Source: Clostridia bacterium
Lineage (GTDB): Bacteria > Bacillota > Clostridia > Oscillospirales > UBA644
Length of the DNA: 45,505 nucleotides
Assembly: GCA_017440085.1 (NCBI GenBank)
Contig: JAFSHW010000017.1
Location: 1-45,505 of the forward strand
Direction of reading: 5' to 3'
Below, in pieces: positions 37,614 through 44,950 of this stretch. Position numbers and translations under genes: made by a program. Below the pieces are notes generated by a model. That model saw nothing but the letters and a program-made list of their open reading frames with translations. It was not told where the DNA came from and made no database searches. Every line of letters starts with the position of its first letter. Within the stretch, counting starts at the first letter, position 1.

Positions 37614-37677
37614 GCCCGCAGACCGAAAGTCACTCTCGCAAACTGAGAATTCAGAAAAAAGGCTCTTTTTTTAACCA

Positions 37678-38976
37678 TTACGCTTTCCAAACTGCCTTAA
37701 GAATAGCGCTGAGCTTGGGAGTAGTTCCGTAGAGAAGAACGCCCACACGGTAAATTTTTGCGGAAAGGACGCCGATTCCAACAACGGAGCCAACCAAAAT
37801 TGCTATTGAAATTGCGATTTCATACCAAGGAACTGTACTCATTGCGATTCGCGTAAACATTGCCATTGGTGAAGTAAAGGGCACGAAGGAGCAGACTTTC
37901 ATCAAAGTATTATCAACGCTACCGGAAGTCATTGAGGTCATTACCACAACGAAAGCAATAATAAAAAGGAAGGTCAAGGGCAAGGTTGAGGTGTTAATAT
38001 CTTCAAGCTTCGTGGCGGTGGAGCCGATTGCACCGAAAAGGAATGCGTAAATCAAGAAGCCCAAAACGAAGAACACCAGCATATAAACCAAAAGCACGGG
38101 AGAAATATTAAAGAGAGATTCTATAATTTCATTTTCACCCCAGTAGGATTTGTTGATTCCGTAAAAAAGAAGTGCAGAGCCGAAAACCGCTGCTAGCTGA
38201 ATAAAGCCCGCAAAGCAGGAAGCCAAAACTTTGCCGAACATCATTGCAGTGGGCTTCGCACTCGTTACGAGAACTTCCATTGCTCTGGAGCTTTTTTCCG
38301 TTGCCACGTTGGTGGAAACCATCTGCCCGTAAAGAAGAATTACCATATACAAAGCGAAAATCATTATGTAAGTGTAAAGGAAATTTCCCAAAAGGTCAAA
38401 TTCGCCCAGACTTTCCTCTTCTTCAACAGCCCCAACGCCGTACATCTCGCTTGAAATTTCCACGTTGATTATATTTTCAGCCTCTTCAATGCTGACTCCC
38501 TTTTCTATAAGGGAAACGGTTTGGTAAATTTTCCGCATTGCAACGATTGCGGAATCCACGTTCATATCGTACATTGATGGGGTTTCAATATAATATTTGA
38601 AAGAGGTAAGTCCCATCAGAACGAAAGCACACTCAGCTTCATCGGAAAGAATTTTCTCTTGAATTTCAGGGAGAGATTCGTCAGTTAGTTGTACGTTATA
38701 AAACGCCTCAAATTCACCGCTGAAAGCGGAAAGAATTACGTCAGAATACTCAGAATTTTCCGTTTTGAGAAGCATTACGGAAAGGTCTTCCGTTGAATCG
38801 TAAATAATTTCCTCGTCAGGGTCTTGCAATTCTTCAGATTCAAAAATTGCGGCAATTCGGGGAAGACTCATAACTGCGGCAATCAGCACCACCAGAAAAA
38901 GAGTTATTCCCACGAATATCTTATTTTTCAAATAATATTTTAACTCAAATTTAAATATAGTTCCGAACTGTTTCAC
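37678..38976 (-). CDS. ABC-2 type permease (NatB/YhaP-like)
   Basis: It has an N-terminal TM helix, a large extracytoplasmic loop and 5 C-terminal TM helices. A GTG start lies 3 nt after the ATPase stop. Confidence 0.8.
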   Translation of the reverse strand: MKQFGTIFKFELKYYLKNKIFVGITLFLVVLIAAVMSLPRIAAIFESEELQDPDEEIIYDSTEDLSVMLLKTENSEYSDVILSAFSGEFEAFYNVQLTDESLPEIQEKILSDEAECAFVLMGLTSFKYYIETPSMYDMNVDSAIVAMRKIYQTVSLIEKGVSIEEAENIINVEISSEMYGVGAVEEEESLGEFDLLGNFLYTYIMIFALYMVILLYGQMVSTNVATEKSSRAMEVLVTSAKPTAMMFGKVLASCFAGFIQLAAVFGSALLFYGINKSYWGENEIIESLFNISPVLLVYMLVFFVLGFLIYAFLFGAIGSTATKLEDINTSTLPLTFLFIIAFVVVMTSMTSGSVDNTLMKVCSFVPFTSPMAMFTRIAMSTVPWYEIAISIAILVGSVVGIGVLSAKIYRVGVLLYGTTPKLSAILKAVWKA

Positions 38977-38979
38977 GGC

Positions 38980-39879
38980 TTAGTCCTCCTTTACAGCGTC
39001 GCCTGCGTATTCGACGAAAATATCGTTAAGTGACGGTTCAAAAACTTTAACCTCGTCAATATCGTAATTTTCCACAAGGCGAAGCATTGCAGATTTCTTC
39101 TTATCAGGGTCTGAAAGGTGAATAATCAAATCTCCGTTTTCAGCTTCAGAGCAGGAATCACCGAAGTCTGCCTTGATTTTTTCGGCATTAACGGTGCGAA
39201 CAACCAGTTTATTGCGAAAGTAATTGCGTTTTATTTCGTGCAAATCTCCGTGAAGAGCAACTTTTCCTGCGTTGAGGATTGCAATGCTGTCGCAGAATTC
39301 CTCTATGTAACTCATCTGATGACTTGAAAAAAGAACGATTTTCCCTTTTTGGATTTGCTCTTTGACAACGTCTTTAAGAAGAATTGCGTTAACGGGGTCA
39401 AGACCAGAAAAAGGCTCGTCAAGAATAACGATGTCGGGGTCATGAGCAAGAGCCGTTACGAGCTGTATTTTCTGCTGGTTGCCCTTGGAAAGAGTATCAA
39501 GCCTTTTGTTTCGGTATTCCGTCATTCCCAAGCGTTCAAGCCAATAATCCACAGCTTTTACCGCTTCTTTGCGGCGCATACCTTTCAACTCCGCAAAATA
39601 CGTAAGTTGATCTATGATTATCTTTTTGGGATACAAACCCCTTTCTTCAGGAAGATATCCGATTTGGATTTTGTTGTAGTCAATGGGGTTTCCGTCAATT
39701 AAAACCTCGCCGCCGTTTGCAGGGAAAACGTCCATCAAAATTCGAATGGAAGTGGTCTTTCCCGCGCCGTTTCTGCCCAAAAGACCGAAAGCCTTACCGC
39801 CCTCAGCCTTAAAAGAAACTCCGGTTAAAACCTTTTTTTCGCCGAAGCTTTTTTCTATGTTTCTGAGTTCCAATACCAT
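38980..39879 (-). CDS. ABC transporter ATP-binding protein (NatA/YhaQ-like)
   Basis: It has Walker A (GRNGAGKTT), the signature motif (LSKGNQQK) and Walker B (IVILDEP). GGAGG lies 7 nt before the ATG at 39879. The track extension runs through a terminator. Confidence 0.88.
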   Translation of the reverse strand: MVLELRNIEKSFGEKKVLTGVSFKAEGGKAFGLLGRNGAGKTTSIRILMDVFPANGGEVLIDGNPIDYNKIQIGYLPEERGLYPKKIIIDQLTYFAELKGMRRKEAVKAVDYWLERLGMTEYRNKRLDTLSKGNQQKIQLVTALAHDPDIVILDEPFSGLDPVNAILLKDVVKEQIQKGKIVLFSSHQMSYIEEFCDSIAILNAGKVALHGDLHEIKRNYFRNKLVVRTVNAEKIKADFGDSCSEAENGDLIIHLSDPDKKKSAMLRLVENYDIDEVKVFEPSLNDIFVEYAGDAVKED

Positions 39880-39891
39880 AGTTTTACCTCC

Positions 39892-39922
39892 AAATAAAAA
39901 GTGCGTAGCCGAAGCCACGCAC
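39892..39922 (-). terminator. Intrinsic terminator inside the 5' leader of the ABC operon
   Basis: On the minus strand: GUGCGUGGC-UUCG-GCUACGCAC followed by UUUUUAUUU, immediately before the RBS. Confidence 0.65.
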
Positions 39923-39942
39923 AAAAAAACGCAGCTTCTCTG

Positions 39943-40037
39943 TTGCGACACAGTTCACTCCAAACAGGATATGACACCGAAGCATACGTTTTTAACAAAA
40001 GTATGCCCGTTCAGAGTAATATTAAACTGTGTCGCAA
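39943..40037 (-). promoter_or_regulatory. Structured leader domain closed by a perfect 13-bp helix (candidate aptamer/attenuator)
   Basis: UUGCGACACAGUU (40037..40025) pairs with AACUGUGUCGCAA (39955..39943). There is an inner hairpin, GCAUAC-13 nt-GUAUGC, and a further UACUC/GAGUG pairing. Confidence 0.5.
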
Positions 40038-40041
40038 AAAT

Positions 40042-40070
40042 ATTATAGCATAAATTGCAGAAAATGTAAA
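40042..40070 (-). promoter_or_regulatory. Promoter of the NatAB-like ABC operon
   Basis: On the minus strand: TTTACA, a 17-nt spacer, then TGcTATAAT. Confidence 0.6.
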
Positions 40071-40101
40071 GTGTTTTGAAAAAAATATTTATCTTACAAG
40101 T

Positions 40102-40135
40102 AAAAAAGATGCAGACTCATACCGAATCTGCATCT
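40102..40135 (-). terminator. Terminator of the DUF2798 gene
   Basis: On the minus strand: AGAUGCAGA, an 11-nt loop, UCUGCAUCU, then UUUUUU. Confidence 0.8.
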
Positions 40136-40147
40136 GATTTTATTTAA

Positions 40148-40708
40148 TTACGCGGCAACGGGTTCTTTTTCCTCGTTGGTATTGTGGCTTTTAAGCTTCT
40201 TTGCAAAGAGCGCCTTGAAAACAGTTCTCACAAAGGGCTGAATGAAGAAAAGCTGGGTAAAGAATGCGAAGGGGAAATTGAAGCAAACGAGTTTGAGCCA
40301 ATCTGCAAGAAGAGTGAAAATATTGAAGCCTGCGCCGTAATTGTAATAAAGGAATGCTGCGATAAGGCTCATAACGGGGCACATAATTGCCACCGTCGCG
40401 CTGATAATTGCGGTTTCGAAAAGCACGGGGTGAGTTGTGCGGGGGTCAAAATTCATACAAGCGAACTTGAAAGAAAGGGGGGAACCCAAAAGATTTTCCA
40501 AAGTGTAAGCAAGCACGAATTCAATGAGAACTACCGCCCAAATAGGCACGGGTGTTCCGAAAACGGGGACTCCACCCATTTTGTTGATTGCGGCGAGAAC
40601 TCCAGTCTCCCCCGTCAGCTCCATAAACATACCGCCGTGAATGACGTAAAGGCTGTAAAAAACATAGGCGTGAACGGTAATTACCACTGTGATAAAGGCA
40701 AAAACCAT
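40148..40708 (-). CDS. DUF2798-like membrane protein. The ORF is as in the track, but a strong RBS-ATG lies 8 codons upstream, separated from it by an in-frame TAA (see findings).
   Basis: It has 4 TM helices and FNFPFAFFTQLFFIQPFVRTVFKALF, which resembles the DUF2798 motif. Upstream, AAGGAG-7 nt-ATG CCT CAA AAT CAA TTT TAA AGA ATG is in frame with it. Confidence 0.7.
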   Translation of the reverse strand: MVFAFITVVITVHAYVFYSLYVIHGGMFMELTGETGVLAAINKMGGVPVFGTPVPIWAVVLIEFVLAYTLENLLGSPLSFKFACMNFDPRTTHPVLFETAIISATVAIMCPVMSLIAAFLYYNYGAGFNIFTLLADWLKLVCFNFPFAFFTQLFFIQPFVRTVFKALFAKKLKSHNTNEEKEPVAA

Positions 40709-40765
40709 TCTTTAAAATTGATTTTGAGGCATAAAAAAACTCCTTAATTATGTATTTTTGCAAGC

Positions 40766-40827
40766 AAAAAAACACATATGAAGCTCCGTACCGTAATCAG
40801 ATTTACGCACGGAAGTGCCACATGTGT
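40766..40827 (-). terminator. Branched terminator-like hairpin plus U7 in the leader of the DUF2798 gene
   Basis: On the minus strand, ACACAUGUGG pairs with CUUCAUAUGUGU (10 bp including 2 G-U). This stem encloses two mini-hairpins and is followed by UUUUUUU. Confidence 0.5.
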
Positions 40828-40855
40828 CGTTGATTGCAATTTTTAATTCCACAAT

Positions 40856-40883
40856 ATTTTAGCAGAAAAAAAGAAAAAATCAA
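40856..40883 (-). promoter_or_regulatory. Promoter of the DUF2798 gene
   Basis: On the minus strand: TTGATT, a 16-nt spacer, then TGcTAAAAT. Confidence 0.5.
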
Positions 40884-40981
40884 AGTGCTTTTAACGATGT
40901 TTTTTTAACGAAATAACGAATCCCATTTGTCAAAAACTAAGTTTTGAAACATTTTTCGGAAAAAATTCAAAACTCTCATTC

Positions 40982-41010
40982 GTTATTTTTTCACGATTTT
41001 ATGCTATAAT
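40982..41010 (+). promoter_or_regulatory. Extended -10 promoter of the hypothetical-veg operon
   Basis: TGcTATAAT lies at 41002..41010. The -35 is weak. Confidence 0.4.
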
Positions 41011-41163
41011 TATAAGGTAGAATTTCTACCACGGGAGTGCTTTTCAGCAGGATATTCCGACGGCAGCCGTTGTATCCACCCACCGTTTTGCTCGAACATC
41101 TCTCTGCATTATTGGTCTGATATTTTCTGCCGTAACGTATTGCACCGGAAGGAGGTTCCCGCA

Positions 41164-41412
41164 GTGAAGCGAGTGAAATCAGCGTGCATATTTCAGACAT
41201 TGGTTTTTGCCCAGAAGCCCGAATTGGGTTATAGCAAAGACCTTGCGCTGAAAATTAACCGCGAGGAATTGGAGCATTACGAATCCTCTCTCAAAAAAGC
41301 AAAGACAAGATACCAAATCACAGACACCGCAGAAGAAGAGGACGGCTCAATCGTAATTCACGTAAGAAAACAGTACAACGAAACGGCTGACGTTTCAGAA
41401 TATTTTATTTAA
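41164..41412 (+). CDS. Small conserved-looking hypothetical protein (82 aa)
   Basis: A GTG at 41164 lies 8 nt after GGAGG. The gene lies 19 nt upstream of veg on the same strand, with no terminator between them. I recognise no family. Confidence 0.6.
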   Translation: MKRVKSACIFQTLVFAQKPELGYSKDLALKINREELEHYESSLKKAKTRYQITDTAEEEDGSIVIHVRKQYNETADVSEYFI

Positions 41413-41431
41413 TGTGCTTTCGGAGGTAGGT

Positions 41432-41677
41432 ATGTCTTTAGACTCAATTAAAAGCAAAATCAAAAAATTGCATCAAACTAACCCAAATATACACATAAAC
41501 GTTTCAATGACAAATCCGAAAATTCATCTCAAAAACGAAGCCGTGACCATAAAAAGCGTTTACCCGCATATTTTTCAGATTGAGGAAAACAGCACGGGAG
41601 TCACAAAAAGCCATACTCTCCAATATACGGACGTTTTGATGAAACATATCGAAATTTTGGAACTTGAATCTATGTAA
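41432..41677 (+). CDS. veg: Veg family protein (DUF1021)
   Basis: The sequence MSLDSIKSKIKKL...VTIKSVYPHIFQIEE...HTLQYTDVLMKHIEI fits the Veg pattern. GGAGG lies 5 nt before the ATG at 41432. Confidence 0.75.
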   Translation: MSLDSIKSKIKKLHQTNPNIHINVSMTNPKIHLKNEAVTIKSVYPHIFQIEENSTGVTKSHTLQYTDVLMKHIEILELESM

Positions 41678-41684
41678 AAAGTAA

Positions 41685-41711
41685 AAGCGGCAAGAAATTG
41701 CCGCTTATTTT
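41685..41711. terminator. Bidirectional terminator between veg and the MATE gene
   Basis: AAGCGGCAA-gaaa-TTGCCGCTT followed by ATTTTTT. Confidence 0.75.
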
Positions 41712-43043
41712 TTAAGCATAACCGTATTTTTTCCTCATTCCTAAGAGGAAAATTGCAGAGCAAAGGGCTGAAAGGGCTTCCGCCGCAACGATTGAAAACC
41801 AAACGCCGTCAATCCCCCAAAATATGGGGAAAAGAATTACGAAAACGACCTGAAAAACTATGGTTCGCAAAAACGAAAGCGTTGCAGAAATCAAGCCGTT
41901 ATTCAATGCTGTGAAAAACGCCGAACCAAGAACTGCAATTCCCGTAAACAGGAAAGAAACGGAATAAATTCTGAAGCCGCTCAGGGTCATTTCGTAAAGC
42001 TGCGGGTCGTAGCCTGCGAAAATCGTTGAAAGAGGCACTGCCAAAAGCATAGATAAAGAAAACATTATTCCTGCGCCGGAAAGGAGCAGAATTACGCTCT
42101 TTTTCAGCAAACTTTTAAGTTCGGGGAGATTCTGCGCACCGTAATTATAGCCGATAATGGGAGACGAACCGTTTACGTAGCCGAAGAAAATTCCGATAAA
42201 AACCATACTGACGTACATCATAATTCCGTACGCCGCAACGCCGTCCTCACCTGCGTAGTTCATAAGCTGGGAATTGTAAAGGATTCCAACCAACGAGCCT
42301 GAAATTCCCGAAACGAACTCGGAAGAACCGTTGGAAACGGCTCTAATCGTGGCTTTTTTATCAAAACGGGTCCTGCCCAGGTGGAGAAGGCTGGTGTTTT
42401 TGCGGAAAAAGTAGACGAGAGGAATACCACCGCCCACGATTTGGCTTAGTGCCGTGGCAATTGCCGCACCCGCAAGCCCCCAATTAAACACGGCTATAAG
42501 CACTGCGTCAAGAACCATATTGGTAACGCCCGCGAGCAAGGTCACGTAAAGCCCAAGCTTTGGTTTTTCAGCAGTAATAAAGAAAATTTGGAATAAATAT
42601 TGAAGGTTCCAAAAGGGCAAAGATACAAGCAAGATTCTGCCGTAGAGCATTGCGTTTGAAAGCATTTCACCCTCTGCGCCCAAAAGCGAAAGCAAGGGTT
42701 CAATCAGGAAAAAACCTACGGCGGCAAGGACTGCGCCCAAGAAAGTGGAAAGATAGACAAACAAAGAAAAAAGCTTATTTGCCCGTTCTTTTTCGCCCTC
42801 GCCCAAGGTTTTTGCAACCAAAGCGCTACCGCCTGCGCCAACCATATAGCCGAAAATAGCAAGAATATTCAACAGCGGATACACGAAATTCAGCGCCGCC
42901 AAAGCGGTTTTGCCCGCAAAATTAGCAACGAAAAAGCCGTCAACCACCCCGTAAAGCGAAGTAAAAACCATCATCACCATTGGGGGGAAGGTAAAACGCA
43001 ATAATTTTCCGTATGAAAAATGGTCCGAAAGCTTTATTCTCAT
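41712..43043 (-). CDS. MATE family efflux transporter
   Basis: It has 12 TM helices. GAGGA lies 5 nt before the ATG at 43043. The track ATG at 43067 has no RBS. Confidence 0.85.
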   Translation of the reverse strand: MRIKLSDHFSYGKLLRFTFPPMVMMVFTSLYGVVDGFFVANFAGKTALAALNFVYPLLNILAIFGYMVGAGGSALVAKTLGEGEKERANKLFSLFVYLSTFLGAVLAAVGFFLIEPLLSLLGAEGEMLSNAMLYGRILLVSLPFWNLQYLFQIFFITAEKPKLGLYVTLLAGVTNMVLDAVLIAVFNWGLAGAAIATALSQIVGGGIPLVYFFRKNTSLLHLGRTRFDKKATIRAVSNGSSEFVSGISGSLVGILYNSQLMNYAGEDGVAAYGIMMYVSMVFIGIFFGYVNGSSPIIGYNYGAQNLPELKSLLKKSVILLLSGAGIMFSLSMLLAVPLSTIFAGYDPQLYEMTLSGFRIYSVSFLFTGIAVLGSAFFTALNNGLISATLSFLRTIVFQVVFVILFPIFWGIDGVWFSIVAAEALSALCSAIFLLGMRKKYGYA

Positions 43044-43072
43044 AAAAATCCTCAAACTCCTACCCATATACT

Positions 43073-43123
43073 AAAAATACCGGATAAAGAAACGGATATT
43101 TCAATCCGTAGCCTTATCCGGTA
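43073..43123 (-). terminator. Intrinsic terminator inside the 5' leader of the MATE gene
   Basis: On the minus strand there is an outer stem (UACCGGAUAA/UUAUCCGGUA) and an inner stem (ACGGAU/AUCCGU), followed by UUUUU. Confidence 0.6.
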
Positions 43124-43166
43124 CCAAGTTTCTTTTGAACCTTTGACCCTCCGAGCCAGCGATGAT

Positions 43167-43195
43167 ATTATAGCACATTGCTTTGGGAAAATCAA
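43167..43195 (-). promoter_or_regulatory. Promoter of the MATE gene
   Basis: On the minus strand: TTGATT, a 17-nt spacer, then TGcTATAAT. Confidence 0.6.
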
Positions 43196-43328
43196 GGGGT
43201 TACAAATAAATTCAAGGTTTCGACTAAAAAATTGCAATGCATTCTGCTATACGCATTATTTCATTTTCAAAATTTTTTGTGAGATGGTGCCAATAGGTTG
43301 CGTTGTTAATGCAAATCAAAACGCAGGT

Positions 43329-43766
43329 TTATATACCCGCTTGCCGGTTTTGCTTTAGAATTTTATTAAGCTTTGCCGTATTCCTTTTGATTATGGAATA
43401 TATGATTGCCCAAATCACTATATAGCCCACAACAAAAATTACTGAAAAAACCCCGATCGGCAATACACCGAAGACCATCCAATCGTTAAGCAGATAGGTT
43501 CCGAGGTAGCTGATATATAAAACACTGCCGTGAATCAGAATCGCCACCATTAAGGGCAAGCGCTCGATTTGATAAATGGCATTCATACCGCCTGCAATAA
43601 AAGCAAGTGCGGACAGAGAAAATATGCCTGCACATACTTGATTGACTGTTAAAATATCTATGGCGGCAAACTGCTTCAAAATAAGATATACTATTGCCAA
43701 AACAATCGGGCCTAACCCCAATGCAATTAAGCCTCGACGCACAAACTCTAAAACAAATTTTTTCAT
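43329..43766 (-). CDS. DUF3021-like four-TM membrane protein, partner of the LytTR protein
   Basis: The ATG at 43766 overlaps the LytTR stop as ATGA. The product is 145 aa with 4 TM helices. Confidence 0.75.
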   Translation of the reverse strand: MKKFVLEFVRRGLIALGLGPIVLAIVYLILKQFAAIDILTVNQVCAGIFSLSALAFIAGGMNAIYQIERLPLMVAILIHGSVLYISYLGTYLLNDWMVFGVLPIGVFSVIFVVGYIVIWAIIYSIIKRNTAKLNKILKQNRQAGI

Positions 43767-44206
43767 ATTCCTTCGTACCTCCTTCTGATTTCCGCAAAGC
43801 AACGCCTTGAAACGTATTCCTTATACCCGCAATAAAACACGGCATCCACACCTCCGCTGAAAACCGCATCAAATCGCTGAATACGGTGTTCATTGGCAAG
43901 TGTTGATTTGTTTATACGAATAAAATAAGAGGGTAAAACTTCCTCCAAATCTCGAAGTCTGACTTGAATACGGTAGTGGCAGCCTTTGGTATCAATGGCA
44001 AGTACTTTTCTGTCAATTATGGTAATGCACTCGATTTCCGAAAACTCCAGCTTTCGCATCTCATCATCTTTGTATCCCATAATACTCTCCACACCGGAAT
44101 AGTTACAAACAAAATCTTCTATCTGCCGTGTCAAAGAGGAGGGTGCATGAACTATTGCTATGATTTCCTCGTCTGCGTTTTTGTCGATAATAAGCTTATA
44201 TTTCAT
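43763..44206 (-). CDS. Stand-alone LytTR-domain DNA-binding protein (no receiver domain)
   Basis: It has a LytTR pattern (FSEIECITIIDRKVLAIDTKGCHYRIQVRLRDLEEVLPSYFIRINKSTLAN). Confidence 0.8.
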   Translation of the reverse strand: MKYKLIIDKNADEEIIAIVHAPSSLTRQIEDFVCNYSGVESIMGYKDDEMRKLEFSEIECITIIDRKVLAIDTKGCHYRIQVRLRDLEEVLPSYFIRINKSTLANEHRIQRFDAVFSGGVDAVFYCGYKEYVSRRCFAEIRRRYEGI

Positions 44207-44218
44207 CGTCTCAAGTCC

Positions 44219-44950
44219 TTACTGTTTTTTCATTTGCCTCAGGAAGCAGAACACAGCCACTGCTGTTATCAGAGCACTATAGAAAATAATCGGCAGAACG
44301 TGTGAAGCTGCGCCCTCAAAATTCCCACTAAATAATGCTTTTTCTAATTCTACTGCATGAACAAACGGAAGTGCATTTGCTATTTTCTTAAAGGTTCCAC
44401 CCACAAGATTCAAATCAAACCAAACACCCGAAAACCAAGCTGAAAGATTAGTCAAGAGTGCTCCGCAAATTCCGCCAACCTGCTTTACACCCAAAACACT
44501 GCCACATAAAAGTCCGAGCGCAATATTAAATATTGCCATGGGGATAATGCCGATAACTGCATAAATAATGTTTACGCTAATCTCCAAGCCCAAGGGAATT
44601 GCAAACAAATAGCAGATTACGGTCTGCCCGATTGCTATAGGCAGTATCGGGAGCATATAGCCCATAATAAAGTCAAATCCCGTAAGGGGTGTTGTGTACA
44701 ACCTCTGCAATAATGCGCTTTCCCGGTCTTTGGCAATCAGAGTTGCTGAAAAAAGTGTCATAAACGATAAGCCGAATACGGTAATGCCTGGAGTCAGTGT
44801 ATTGATCTCAAACAAGTTCACCGGAATATTTGCTTGAATAGCACTTAAAAGCACTAACAAGACTAAGGGGAAACCCAATCCAAAAGCAAGATTGATTGGA
44901 TCTCTCAAAATCTCTTTGGCACATCTCTTGGCAAAAGTCATCATTCTCAT
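44219..44950 (-). CDS. ABC-2 type transporter permease
   Basis: It has 6 TM helices. Its start overlaps the ATPase stop by 1 nt. Confidence 0.8.
   Translation of the reverse strand: MRMMTFAKRCAKEILRDPINLAFGLGFPLVLLVLLSAIQANIPVNLFEINTLTPGITVFGLSFMTLFSATLIAKDRESALLQRLYTTPLTGFDFIMGYMLPILPIAIGQTVICYLFAIPLGLEISVNIIYAVIGIIPMAIFNIALGLLCGSVLGVKQVGGICGALLTNLSAWFSGVWFDLNLVGGTFKKIANALPFVHAVELEKALFSGNFEGAASHVLPIIFYSALITAVAVFCFLRQMKKQ

Noticed and set aside
39880-39951. The track's N-terminal extension of the ABC ATPase (GTG at 39951), and a 33-codon uORF in the same leader (AUG near 39984, ending UGGAGGUAA)
   Set aside because: Neither has a Shine-Dalgarno sequence. The extension would have to be translated through an intrinsic terminator hairpin, whereas the ATG at 39879 has GGAGG at ideal spacing.
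40184-40775. Track ORFs 40184..40747(+), 40191..40382(-) and 40521..40775(-), which overlap the DUF2798 gene
   Set aside because: They are on the opposite strand or out of frame relative to a membrane protein with a recognisable family motif, and have no RBS.
41141-41163. CCGGAAGGAGG resembles the conserved SRP RNA domain IV motif (CCGGAAGGAAGCAGC)
   Set aside because: The similarity is confined to the Shine-Dalgarno of the downstream CDS. The surrounding sequence lacks the symmetric and asymmetric loop context and the Alu-domain features.
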